Virus record (IMG/VR): IMGVR_UViG_3300045988_055146
Span: 1 to 38,384 of that record
Source: a virus
Strand: one strand, 5' to 3'
Length of the DNA stretch: 38,384 nt
Shown: one piece after another, positions 23,401 through 31,091 of the stretch
Layout: each line of letters begins with the position of its first letter
Numbering within the stretch: position 1 is the first letter of the stretch
Made by a program: the position numbers and the translations under genes
The notes under the pieces: generated by a model
Seen by the model: only the letters and a program-made list of their open reading frames with translations
The model's database searches: none
What the model was told of the DNA's origin: nothing

Positions 23401-26320
23401 GCGTGTCCTCCAGCATCATCTCGCAGCTGTCCGCTATCACTTCCTCCACTGCCTCGTCCATGGAAAGCAGTCCGTTCTCGCGCGCTGCCTTCTGCTCTGC
23501 CAGCGCCTCTATGTCTGCGCCGTCCTCTATCAGGTGCCGCGTCACGAAGTCGCGCAGCTGTGCGTAGCCCTCCGCGTTGTTCTCCCGGATGTAGTGCGTC
23601 AGCTCATGCGCCGCCGTCAGCAGCACGGCGGATTCCTCTGAGGTTCTGTTTGCCCCTGCGTTCACGTCAAGGTACATTGTCCCGTTGCGCATGAAGCCGT
23701 TGGCTCCCTTGTACCTTCCGGTCATGTCCGCCTCTGACTGGTAGAATACAACGTCCGTCCCCGTGATCTTTGCCAGCGTCTTTATCACGTCCAGCTCTGT
23801 GCTGCTCACCATGTCCTCGCTCGCAGCTTTGTATCTCTCTCCGCCGTAGTCCACGTCCTGCCCGAAGTACACCTTGCCCTCGCCGCGCTGCCGGGCTGCG
23901 CTGTTCTGTATGCGCGCATCCTTGCTGCTCCTGCCGGTGTTGAATGCTTTCGTGAACTGCTCCTGCGTCAGCACGCTTCCCGCGCCGCCGTTCCTGCGGC
24001 TGCTCTCATATGCCTGCTGCGCTGTCACTGCCGTCTGCTTGCCGTACATGTCCGCCGCCGTGGTGTATGCCCGCACGTAGGTGTCGAAGTCCCCGCCGTT
24101 GTCCTCCGGCCTGTAGCTCAGCAGCATCTCGTCGCCGTATGCGTAGGGGCGCACGCTGTCCAGCATTCTCTGCGTCTCCGCGTCAAAGGTCAGCTTGTCC
24201 TCCGTCACGTCCCGTGTTCTCCCGTCCGGCATCTGCACCCTCGCTGTGAACTTGCCGCCGTCCTGCACTATGGCCTTTATCTGTCCTACCTCGCCCCTGT
24301 ATGCGGCCTCCAGTATTCCGTCCGGCCGGCGTGTGTTCTGCGTGCCCTGCGGTCTCTCCGTGGCCTGCTGTACCTGCTGTGCCGTCTGCTGTACCGGCAA
24401 AGTCCCGTCCTCCAGCACGGCGTCGATGGCCCACACTCTATCTGCCCCATACTTTTCTTCGAGCTCTTTGCGCCGGGCGTCGTATCGTTTCCATTCCGCG
24501 GGATCTTCTTCTATCTGCTGCCCCGTGCGCCCGTCGAATCTTCCCCTTGGGACATCCGGCCTCATGCCTTTAAGCTCCACCATGTCCCTGAAGAACTCAG
24601 GTTCATTTTTTTCTATGTCCCTGTATAGCTCCTGCGGGGTCTGCCGCGCCCATTCCGGTGTCTCTTCCTGCGTGCCCTGCGGGTACTGCGTGCCCTGCGC
24701 CTCCTGTGTCTGCGCCTCCTCCTGTACCGGCGTCCGTCTCCTCGGTGTCTGCGCGCTCTCAATCCCGCTCTCCACGCGGTCAGCCGCCGGACCTCCGTGT
24801 ACCTCGGCCACGCTGTCGCGGTATCTGCGCTGCGCTCTGCCGTTCTCTATGGCATACGCGCCCGCGGTCGCCGCAGTCTGCCCGCCGCCCAGCACGGCAG
24901 ACACCACCGCTGCGCCTATCGCTTCTTCTTTCATGCGGTTCGGGTTTATCATTGCGCCCTCATCTGTGGTGGAGTACAGCGGCACATCCTTGTATACAGA
25001 CTTGAGCCCGCTCTCGCCTATGCCCTGTATGATCTCTTCGCTCATCTCCGAGGGGATGCCCTTTACTATTTGCATCAGTGCGCTGTTGTCTGCACGTTCA
25101 AGGGCGGCGCGGATATTCTTCGGCAGCTTCTGCAAGCCGCCCCACATATCATCCGTGCCGCCTATCTCCGTCGTTGCATTGTATGCCGCATTCAGTATCG
25201 CGTATAGTGACGCCTGCTCTTCGCTTGCCCCATCCTCCAGCGCGTTCTCGTAGCTATCGCCCACAACGCTCATGAACGTAAATCCCCAGTTTGGGTCTGC
25301 TGCCATGTCCGCTGTCGCCTTGAGTATCGGCGTCACTATCTGTGCCGCCCTGCTGCTGTTCGCCAGCGTTGACGCCGCTTGCAGTGCCTCCGTTGTTGCC
25401 TGCGCCGCTGTCGATGTTCCGCCGGACAACAGCGCCATCATCGACATGGGCAGCGAGTTCATCACCATTTCGGTATACTTGCCGACTGTCTGTGCTGCCT
25501 TGCTGTCGCTTGCCGCCCGCGCTGCTTCCTCGTGCTGCAAGTTTATTCTGCGGTTGCCTTCCTCTATGTACTGCCGCAGAAAATTGTCGTCCCCGTATGT
25601 GTAGTTTGGGTTTATCACTCGCCCCGCCTTGGTCACAAGCCCTGCCGCATCGTCGGCAAGGCTGGGGCTTATGTCGTTTACCGTCACTCCGGCAAGCGTC
25701 CGCAGCTCATCTGCGAAGCCTCCGAATGCCCAGTCTAATCCCTTTGCTATCGCGTTGTCCGCGCTTGTCAGTCCCGCTCGTGTGCTCCACTTCACTGTGT
25801 CCCACCAGTCCGTCGGTGTCCACAGCGTGCCGCCCGCTTCCTCCACGCGCTTCTTGTACGCCTCCACAAGCGCGTCTGCCTCGTCCATCTTGTTCTTGGC
25901 CGTGGTATAGTCCGCCGTGCCCCTGCCTTTACCTGCGGCCTCTACGGCGCGGCGTGCCTTGTTGTAGTCGATGTACGCCTGCTTGTACTTCTGGTTGAGG
26001 TCTGCTATCTCTGCTTCTTTCCGCCGCTCCGCGCCGAGGTCTACGCCCCGCCACCCGTGTTCCTCAAGATATGCCTGCCGGGTAGGGCTTACCTTGCCGC
26101 GTCCCTTGTCGTTGTTTACGATGCCGTTCCACTTGTTGCTCTGCTTGTCCAGGTAGTCCTGCCTCGTCCACGACTGCCCGCGGCTGTCCTTGAAAGTCCC
26201 GCTGCTCTGTGTGCTCGTACTGCTTCCTGTATACTCCTCGCCTCTGGCGCGGGCTATGTTCCGCTCACGCTCTTCATGCACACGCGCTATGTTCTGTTCC
26301 CGCTCTTCTCTTGTAGACAT
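17435..26320 (-). CDS. Giant (2,961-aa) multidomain virion / internal head protein with zincin-like HExxH motif; polyvalent-protein-like
   Basis: Single uninterrupted ORF with an AAGGAGG RBS, lying between the portal/Prp genes and the scaffold. The HExxH motif is AAHELTHYI (23594-23608). It has hydrophobic and Ala-rich N-terminal segments, several coiled coils, and a C-terminal set of about 45-aa helical repeats (EALALLQKYGG..., RALELQAKYGYG..., EVYEYRIKYAG...). Confidence 0.9.
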   Translation of the reverse strand: MSTREEREQNIARVHEERERNIARARGEEYTGSSTSTQSSGTFKDSRGQSWTRQDYLDKQSNKWNGIVNNDKGRGKVSPTRQAYLEEHGWRGVDLGAERRKEAEIADLNQKYKQAYIDYNKARRAVEAAGKGRGTADYTTAKNKMDEADALVEAYKKRVEEAGGTLWTPTDWWDTVKWSTRAGLTSADNAIAKGLDWAFGGFADELRTLAGVTVNDISPSLADDAAGLVTKAGRVINPNYTYGDDNFLRQYIEEGNRRINLQHEEAARAASDSKAAQTVGKYTEMVMNSLPMSMMALLSGGTSTAAQATTEALQAASTLANSSRAAQIVTPILKATADMAADPNWGFTFMSVVGDSYENALEDGASEEQASLYAILNAAYNATTEIGGTDDMWGGLQKLPKNIRAALERADNSALMQIVKGIPSEMSEEIIQGIGESGLKSVYKDVPLYSTTDEGAMINPNRMKEEAIGAAVVSAVLGGGQTAATAGAYAIENGRAQRRYRDSVAEVHGGPAADRVESGIESAQTPRRRTPVQEEAQTQEAQGTQYPQGTQEETPEWARQTPQELYRDIEKNEPEFFRDMVELKGMRPDVPRGRFDGRTGQQIEEDPAEWKRYDARRKELEEKYGADRVWAIDAVLEDGTLPVQQTAQQVQQATERPQGTQNTRRPDGILEAAYRGEVGQIKAIVQDGGKFTARVQMPDGRTRDVTEDKLTFDAETQRMLDSVRPYAYGDEMLLSYRPEDNGGDFDTYVRAYTTAADMYGKQTAVTAQQAYESSRRNGGAGSVLTQEQFTKAFNTGRSSKDARIQNSAARQRGEGKVYFGQDVDYGGERYKAASEDMVSSTELDVIKTLAKITGTDVVFYQSEADMTGRYKGANGFMRNGTMYLDVNAGANRTSEESAVLLTAAHELTHYIRENNAEGYAQLRDFVTRHLIEDGADIEALAEQKAARENGLLSMDEAVEEVIADSCEMMLEDTQLPEIMAKENPGLYEQIREWIANFAEKLRKAFTGVEARHAEAKAMMKYADELQQIWDSALAGAVRNAETASGNETVSKNAKYSLREFEDGTKYVDVKTDQDAFNGLTQEEMTSKAREIIKSRFAGKVVGSSNRAFVNNASANEYAYPSRFIKDEQVKEAKMRAAPELDNLIEAGRNYRTAADGRDGHVHKNATGGFTYFDVTFKVGDEYFDGVINIENNKNGRRFKDITKIRNATEDIISSYGKTPKSKFLSDTSMVSISRGNENGNTKFSMRERDDAADVKTAEKYFGTTYKIAEAGYLLRDGKLLDMSGRHEGAPGGYRTVDHRDITDAFDGDYGDGSYSGGMVQFMQAGNIRLSPESGGINLSTKPNAKQLDVLDRYISSFRGEVTLDIDNANGDTVVSIEYPKRTYSKRIINDINEYFDNGTVPAQPSDLGQFRYSMRDVAADDTADERRGRQESYAELRRQNEELRRRAEYWKGQTRTTKEATVRKTDTDKLARRLTEELHNKDAEDTVKEELKRMGDYIVQTDGQELSYAELKDWAAAIADHILSGSEAEIESGMEDARRELLDYLKSNKLKINEREMLDLPEGWKREHRRIRFGKDGLPIDTAWMELQEKFGEGAFPSTITSQSDMLFHIADMERAWQPVRGNPFENYMGEMRETVAQDILDTMLSDEIRQTAKTAADRARDRMNKAVAEERTRYNDMKSRMQERIQQVYQEGVARKQEAVAKEKVAKWEKVEQTRNYYQQMMQNAQQRRRENAGIKKYKDSVTATAAQLTDWMLNNSAKEHVPEVLKKTVGDFLTTIDFTSRQQLRGGEETANDRKFASKLSALRDVLENQQKYMSGADTESALDVYIDMPSDMMEQVKDFIRIANKFAETGKTFTVNDMTAEELRHLDTLLTVLSTSVKKTNQLMANSRYRSVQQASQNSIEELGKLGKQGKAAKTGLAAFGFWDNTTPFYAFQRFGEGGKAIFEGISKGWEQMAFNAKKIIDFTEGLYTAKEARTWREETHEVKFENGDKFTITTAQLMSLHCLRKRAQAIGHLYGGGLRVGNIGKGLNEIVQTEHFKPNSADLEMLDGMLTERQREVADALQHFMVDTCGEWGNEVSMKRFGYRGFGEKNYFPIQTDSNDRPAVDPDAKANDMFRLLNLSATKALTINANNALVVSDIFEVFTDHSSDMAKYNALTLPILDALKWYNYKERTNVNGLVYTDTVQRSVETAYGRAAQKYVVTLLKDLNGKHEGGTSRSDAVTKRMVSNYKAAAVGANLRVAIQQPTAYVRAAQEIDAKYLAAALKPGSGKQSSEEMNRYSGIATWKGLGFVSTDIGRSMRSQIMHDESLADVAKEKAMFFAQKGDAVTWAALWRACRMETADRTKLRGDELCKATAERFREVILKTQVVDATITRSHNMRNQGILANITTSFMAEPTLSYNILLNAYADYRADMRKAGGSSKQKAAIAWQKNKGAIVKSMAVFVASSAATVLAASLWDAVRDDDDYETFAQKLKQALFGEEGNWMEGNLMQELLIYNKIPVIKDIAAIFRGEDVSRMDMQAITNLKKAWDIDMKMLSMALGAKDGEKAVSYNGQLTAYGVLAANLRAVSQLSGLPFYNAMRDAVALYNTVVAPFSGVTVQSYRPTTRAAIKSSYLNGFMTDEDAMAELVKQGVADDADQAFWIINEWNGDGSSNDKLEDLYAAVKAGDTESYDALMQELTEHGVFKSKIQNNVKNQVRDWYQGSDTEKATISKQEALALLQKYGGKAERDAEVAVEQWTCEKVTGIAYGSIDDEFINGNISESRALELQAKYGYGDTTRQTAAEIAANKELAKAKVMQWKFEKDTGINAGGDSFTGIRDAYNAGRISKEEVYEYRIKYAGDTPEEAANTAYRYEWIGGEEAMKSITGKQAQRYDSYVTGSGISKLDYWNIINGHSASTFKSDYNSKGKVIANSKRDKLWAYIDSLSLTPEQKDKIAMVYFDDVGTKSWAKLEEAPWNS

Positions 26321-26331
26321 AGTGGCCTCCT

Positions 26332-27408
26332 TTACTTCTCAAACAATCCCCACGGGTCGCGCCCTGTGACGCGGTAGTAGTTCTCGCGGCTCACGTACGC
26401 ATGGTTCCCCGGATCCCAGCCGCCGGAGAGTGCGCTGCCTCCGCCGCTGCCCGGCACATCGTAGCCGCGCGGGTACTCTCCCGTTATCTCGTAGTACTGG
26501 TCTGCCGTTATCGTGCCGTTGAGGTAGGCGGGCAGGGGATTAGCCGTTGCCCATGTCATGGCCATCTGCTTTGCCGCGTCCTCGCCGTACAGCTCTGCGT
26601 AGCCGGAGAAGTCTCCATAGTTGCCGAGGTCTGACGCCATCTGCTGCGCCCGCTCTGCGTCGAGCGCCTGATCGTATCTGTAGTCGCTCAGTGCGTCGCG
26701 GTACTGGTTGTACTCCGTGCTCTGCCTGTCCGCGGCCAGACTGTACTGCTGCCTGAGCGCGTCGCCCTCGGCTGAATACATGTCGTATGCCTGTCCGTAC
26801 AGCTCCGGCAGCACGTCGTTCAGGCGCGACAGGTAAGCGTCGTACTGCTGCTGTCCTACGGCGCTGCCGTAGCTGCTGCCGTAGCCTCCTGTCAGCGCCG
26901 CCGTCTGACCCATGCTGTCGCGCATGGCCTGCTTGCCCTGCTGCATGTATGATTCCTTGTACTGGTTGTACAGCGGGTCCGCGCTGTAGTCGTACTTGAA
27001 CGGCTCCCGGTTCGTGAGCTTGTTGTATATCTCGCTGATCTCCTCGTCGTATGAGGAGGCATACGTCGGCGCTTTGTTTTCCGCCTGCTTGAGCGCGGCC
27101 ATTGCCTTGTCGTATGCCGCGCTCCTGCCCGCGCTGGGCGTCGTCCTCGTCGCCGGGGTAACTGTCTGCTGCGCACCCTGTGCGGGCGTCGTGTTCTGCG
27201 AGCCCTGCGGGTTCTGTGCAGGCGTCGTGTCCTGTGCTGTGCTCTGCGTGCCCTGCGTAGTCTGCGTGCTCTGCGCTGCCGGGGTCACGGTCTGCGTAGG
27301 CAGCGTGCCCTGTGCGGGCTGCGTGCTCTGCGTGGCAGGTGTCCCGCTCTGAGCACTCTGCGTGCCCTGCACCGCCGTTCTCTTCTTCTCTTCCTGTCCT
27401 ACTGCCAT
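26332..27408 (-). CDS. Hypothetical virion-module protein with Thr/Gln-rich repetitive N-terminus
   Basis: 358-aa ORF with a GAGGAGGAAAAGG RBS. The N-terminal about 90 aa is TQ/PAQ low-complexity sequence (QGTQSAQSGTPATQSTQPAQGTLPTQT...). The C-terminal part is Tyr/Asp/Gln-rich. Confidence 0.8.
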   Translation of the reverse strand: MAVGQEEKKRTAVQGTQSAQSGTPATQSTQPAQGTLPTQTVTPAAQSTQTTQGTQSTAQDTTPAQNPQGSQNTTPAQGAQQTVTPATRTTPSAGRSAAYDKAMAALKQAENKAPTYASSYDEEISEIYNKLTNREPFKYDYSADPLYNQYKESYMQQGKQAMRDSMGQTAALTGGYGSSYGSAVGQQQYDAYLSRLNDVLPELYGQAYDMYSAEGDALRQQYSLAADRQSTEYNQYRDALSDYRYDQALDAERAQQMASDLGNYGDFSGYAELYGEDAAKQMAMTWATANPLPAYLNGTITADQYYEITGEYPRGYDVPGSGGGSALSGGWDPGNHAYVSRENYYRVTGRDPWGLFEK

Positions 27409-27421
27409 TGCCTTTTCCTCC

Positions 27422-27733
27422 TCATATCCTGTATGCCTGCACGTTCTCCGGGAACTGCGCCGCCATCAGCTCGTAGCCACGGAATATCGTCCGCATCATC
27501 TCGCGGCACCGCGCCGTGTGCTTCTTCCCCGGGCGGCACTGCACTCTCACATAGCCGTCCCTGTGCAGCAGCGTCGGCTGCATGCCCGCCGCCTCATCCT
27601 TTGCCGAGGCCTCCAGCGTCCGCATCAGTATCGTCAGCGCCGCGCATACAAGGTCTGCCCCCGGCGCTCCCGCTCCTGCGTGTCCGCTTATCTCCATCGT
27701 GTACTCGCTCTCGTCATACGTCACTCTCGTCAT
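27422..27733 (-). CDS. prp: Prp-like cysteine protease (ribosomal-processing protease / DUF464 family homologue)
   Basis: 103 aa. MEISGHAGAGAPGADLVCAALTIL carries the GHAG His and the (I/V)VCAA Cys dyad spacing typical of Prp/YsxB. The gene starts 3 nt after the portal stop. Confidence 0.75.
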   Translation of the reverse strand: MTRVTYDESEYTMEISGHAGAGAPGADLVCAALTILMRTLEASAKDEAAGMQPTLLHRDGYVRVQCRPGKKHTARCREMMRTIFRGYELMAAQFPENVQAYRI

Positions 27734-27736
27734 GGC

Positions 27737-29650
27737 TCATCCCTCCGGCTGTGACGCTGCCTGGCTCCTCGCCCTCGCGTTCTGCGTGCGGCTGTCCTCG
27801 CCCGTGTCCGGCGCAAGGGATATGTCCTCCGCGCTGCCCGTGCCGCCTGCGCCGCCTCCCGTAAACGCTGCCGCCAGCGCCTCCACCTTGTCCGGCTCGT
27901 ACTTCTGCGTCATTGCCAGCGCGTACTGCTGCACCTGCGCCAGCTTCTGGTACATCGTCCCGTTGTAGTTTATCATCTGCATCACGGTGTCCTTGTTGTC
28001 GAAGTCCATCATGTAGCAGCAGGCGAGCGCCTGATCTGTCTGCTGCGGGTTGAAGAAGCCGAGGTTGTAGAACTGCAGCGCCATCTCATTTTGCGTGATC
28101 CTGCTGTAGCTTGACCGCTTCGCCGGGCTCACCTTAATGTCGAACTCCGGCAGGCGCACCAGCATTATGTTCCCGCTCTGCTCCTCGTGCGCCTTGATGT
28201 TTGCGTTGCTGTAGCGCACGAAGGTCTCCGCGCCCAGCTGCCCCGTGATGCGGAACTGTCTCGGCATGTCGTAGAACTGCCGGATAAGCTCGATGCACAG
28301 GTTGACTATGCGTGAGTATGCCCTGTAGCTTGCGCGGCTGCTGTCCCTGCTGCCCTTGCCGCTCGCCTCCTGTAATGCTGCTATGGCTGCCGCTGCCGTC
28401 ACACCGGAGGATATAACTCCGTTGCTTGCCTCCGTGTTCCCGCTCGTCTCTCGCAGCTCGTTTATCATGCTCGTGCGCACGTCCAGATAGTTCCCGCTCA
28501 GTGCGTTGTATTGGATCGGCGTCAGACTGTCCTTGCCCAGGTTGCCGTTGACATGCACGAGGGGATTGTTGAGATCAAGAAACTCCTCCTCGTTTATGCT
28601 GCCGTCGATGCGGGAGAAGTACCGCGGCATCGCGCCCACCATCGTGTTCTTGATGAACGCCGTCTGCATCACGTCTATCTGCGTCTGCACGTTCTGGCAC
28701 AGGTCTATGTATCCGTAGCCGCATGGGCTGCCCTCGATCGGAAACAGCGTGTCGAACACGAAGGGATACAGGCCGTGGTCGTAGAGCGGCGCGCCCTCGT
28801 TTTCACTGCTGTACAGGATCTCGTCGCCCACGTACTTGCAGTAGTGCAGCAGGGTCTTGCCCCCGTCGTGCCTCTTGTAGTACACGTCTATCACCACGCT
28901 CTTGCCGTCCGTGGGTATCGTGTCGTCGCTCTTGAATTTGTTGGGCACAAAGGTCATTGCGTTGAGCTTGCCGTGCAGCTGCGGGTACATGCTCTCCAGT
29001 ACCTCGTTGTCCATCATGGCCGTGTGGAAAAAGTACTTGCTCCTCTGTATGTCCGTGCATCCCGGCTCCCAGAATACGTTGAGTATGTCCACCCGGTCTA
29101 TCGCTATGTCGCCCAGTCCGTTGAGCTTGTCCGCATCCCAGTACACCTTGTAGATGCCCGTCCCTGTCTTGAGCTTCTGCCATGCGCAGTCGCTGTAGGT
29201 CTCCTCAAAATGGTTGGCCTCCAGCACCACGGGGATTATCTTTGACAGCATCCCCGCCTCCTTCGCGTCGTCCGGCTCGCGGGCAAGGATGTTAGGCTCC
29301 GGGTATGCCTCCGTCGTGTCCGCGTGCTTTGCCACTATCACGTTGTGCAGCCACCCGCTCTTGGCTTTGAAACCGTTCAGCCCCTCTGACTGCTTCTCGA
29401 TCTCTACCTGATTGCGCAGCTTCCACCAGTTTTCCGCCTCGATGGCGCGGCGGTCTACGCTTGCCTTGCCTGCCTTGTACTTGTTCAGGGTGAGGTTAAA
29501 CTTCCGCAGCGTCTCCGTGTTGACCGGCGCCTCGTGCAGCCCCGGCGTCTGATCCTCTGGTGCTGGTGGTACCGTGGGTACTGCGGGCACCCCCATATCC
29601 ATCCCCGGCATTGCTCCCGGTATCCCGCTCAGTCTCCTTGTCTCGTCCAT
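27737..29650 (-). CDS. Portal protein
   Basis: 637-aa ORF directly downstream of TerL with an AAGGAGGAG RBS. Its size and position, and its Gly/Ala and acidic C-terminal tail, are typical of SPP1 gp6-type portals. Confidence 0.85.
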   Translation of the reverse strand: MDETRRLSGIPGAMPGMDMGVPAVPTVPPAPEDQTPGLHEAPVNTETLRKFNLTLNKYKAGKASVDRRAIEAENWWKLRNQVEIEKQSEGLNGFKAKSGWLHNVIVAKHADTTEAYPEPNILAREPDDAKEAGMLSKIIPVVLEANHFEETYSDCAWQKLKTGTGIYKVYWDADKLNGLGDIAIDRVDILNVFWEPGCTDIQRSKYFFHTAMMDNEVLESMYPQLHGKLNAMTFVPNKFKSDDTIPTDGKSVVIDVYYKRHDGGKTLLHYCKYVGDEILYSSENEGAPLYDHGLYPFVFDTLFPIEGSPCGYGYIDLCQNVQTQIDVMQTAFIKNTMVGAMPRYFSRIDGSINEEEFLDLNNPLVHVNGNLGKDSLTPIQYNALSGNYLDVRTSMINELRETSGNTEASNGVISSGVTAAAAIAALQEASGKGSRDSSRASYRAYSRIVNLCIELIRQFYDMPRQFRITGQLGAETFVRYSNANIKAHEEQSGNIMLVRLPEFDIKVSPAKRSSYSRITQNEMALQFYNLGFFNPQQTDQALACCYMMDFDNKDTVMQMINYNGTMYQKLAQVQQYALAMTQKYEPDKVEALAAAFTGGGAGGTGSAEDISLAPDTGEDSRTQNARARSQAASQPEG

Positions 29651-29660
29651 GCTCTCCTCC

Positions 29661-31091
29661 TTATCTCCGCCTGAATTGGTTCAGCGGATCTATCATGTAC
29701 TCCTTCTTCTCTTCCTTGACGGCCGGCACGATCGGGCGCGACATGCACATGTACCTCCACTCGTCGCATACATGGTCCTCCATCTCCGTGTCCAGATCCT
29801 CCGGCCTGTGCTTTGAGTGCTGCATCAGCGGCACCGTGCGGATAAATGCCCGGCAGTTGTCAAACACATACATCCTCGGGTAGCCCTCGCCGTCAAACTG
29901 CAATCGGTAATGGCACTGCATCCACCCCGGTATGCGCGCGTTGTCTCCGGGTGAGAACCACACCCTGTACTTCGCCGCGGTCTCCGCTATGCTCTCGCCC
30001 CGGCTCGTGTCCCATATGCTTGGGTCTGCCACGCCGTCTATGTGCCGGCCCTTGAGCCACGGGTGCTCCCGCTCTATGCGTGCTATCTCTGCGAACTGTT
30101 TTTCCGGCGTCCAGCGTATGCCCTCGTTGGGTGTGTCCGTGCAGCCGTACAGCTCCAGTATCCTGTACAGTATGCCGTCATAGTCCACCGCCCACCACGC
30201 ACAGGAGAACGGCTTGCCGTACCCGAAGTCATAGCTGCGCAGGATATTCCATCCTCGGCTCTCTCCCGCGCTCAGGTCAAACGCCGGTATCACATGCACC
30301 CAGCGCCGCTGTGCTCTCAGCTCGTCCGGCCCCAGCTCGCAGCCCGCCTCAGCCGCCGCCTTGAGATCCGGCTCCGTCCGGAAGTCGTCAAAAAATGCGC
30401 CCTCGAATATATTCCAGTCGCCGTCCAGCCACGCCGCCCTCTGCTTCGCGGGCAGCGCCTCCAGCTGCTTTATGTATTCCGGCTGTGCCCGCATCAGCGC
30501 TTTGTTGTCCCGCACGCCTGCCTGGATGAAACTGTAGTCCCCGCCGTCCTCGCCGTCCTTGTAGTGCCGGTCGATGAACAGCCGCTTGACCCACTCATGC
30601 CCGATGCCTCCCGGGTTGCAGGTGTAGTACACCCGCTTGGGGAAACCGTTGACGCCGCGCACGCAGGCCGTCAGCTTTTTGATCGTGTCCTCGCTCTGGT
30701 GCGTCGCCTCGTCAACAAAGAGTACGTCGACCTCCAAGCCCTGGAATCTGTCTGCGTCCTTCTCCCGCTCGCAGTAGCGGAAGAGTATCCTGCTCCCGTT
30801 GGGGAACTCTATCTCTTTGCGCTGGTCGTTGTAGCGGGCAGCGGCGTCCGCCGTCCCGCAGCCCAGCATCTCCTTGAGCGGCTTTATGTGGTTGGCGTAC
30901 AGCTCCGGGTAGCTCCGGCGTATTATCATCACATTGATGCCCGGGTAGTACCCGCACATCAGCACTGCCTTGACCCGCACGCCCCAGCTCTTGCCGCCGC
31001 CTCGCGCCCCGCCGTAGCATATGTACTTGTGCCGGTCCCGCAGGAAGAGCCACTGCTTGTCGCTTGGCTCCGGTATTGTCAGCGTCCTCAT
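29661..31091 (-). CDS. terL: Terminase large subunit
   Basis: Walker A is CYGGARGGGKSW and Walker B is VDVLFVDEATH. A C-terminal nuclease-type acidic region is present. The ATG overlaps the TerS stop (ATGA at 31088-31091). Confidence 0.95.
   Translation of the reverse strand: MRTLTIPEPSDKQWLFLRDRHKYICYGGARGGGKSWGVRVKAVLMCGYYPGINVMIIRRSYPELYANHIKPLKEMLGCGTADAAARYNDQRKEIEFPNGSRILFRYCEREKDADRFQGLEVDVLFVDEATHQSEDTIKKLTACVRGVNGFPKRVYYTCNPGGIGHEWVKRLFIDRHYKDGEDGGDYSFIQAGVRDNKALMRAQPEYIKQLEALPAKQRAAWLDGDWNIFEGAFFDDFRTEPDLKAAAEAGCELGPDELRAQRRWVHVIPAFDLSAGESRGWNILRSYDFGYGKPFSCAWWAVDYDGILYRILELYGCTDTPNEGIRWTPEKQFAEIARIEREHPWLKGRHIDGVADPSIWDTSRGESIAETAAKYRVWFSPGDNARIPGWMQCHYRLQFDGEGYPRMYVFDNCRAFIRTVPLMQHSKHRPEDLDTEMEDHVCDEWRYMCMSRPIVPAVKEEKKEYMIDPLNQFRRR

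Noticed and set aside
24195-25253. 352-aa plus-strand ORF, and many shorter plus-strand ORFs, inside 17435-26320
   Set aside because: All are antisense to the uninterrupted 2,961-aa ORF. They are Ser/Pro/Cys/Ala-rich and low-complexity, with no RBS.
17435-26320. Interpreting the giant ORF as a tape-measure protein
   Set aside because: It lies between portal/Prp and scaffold/capsid, not between tail chaperones and distal tail proteins. There is no tail-tube gene. It also contains an HExxH module and mosaic domains untypical of tape measures.
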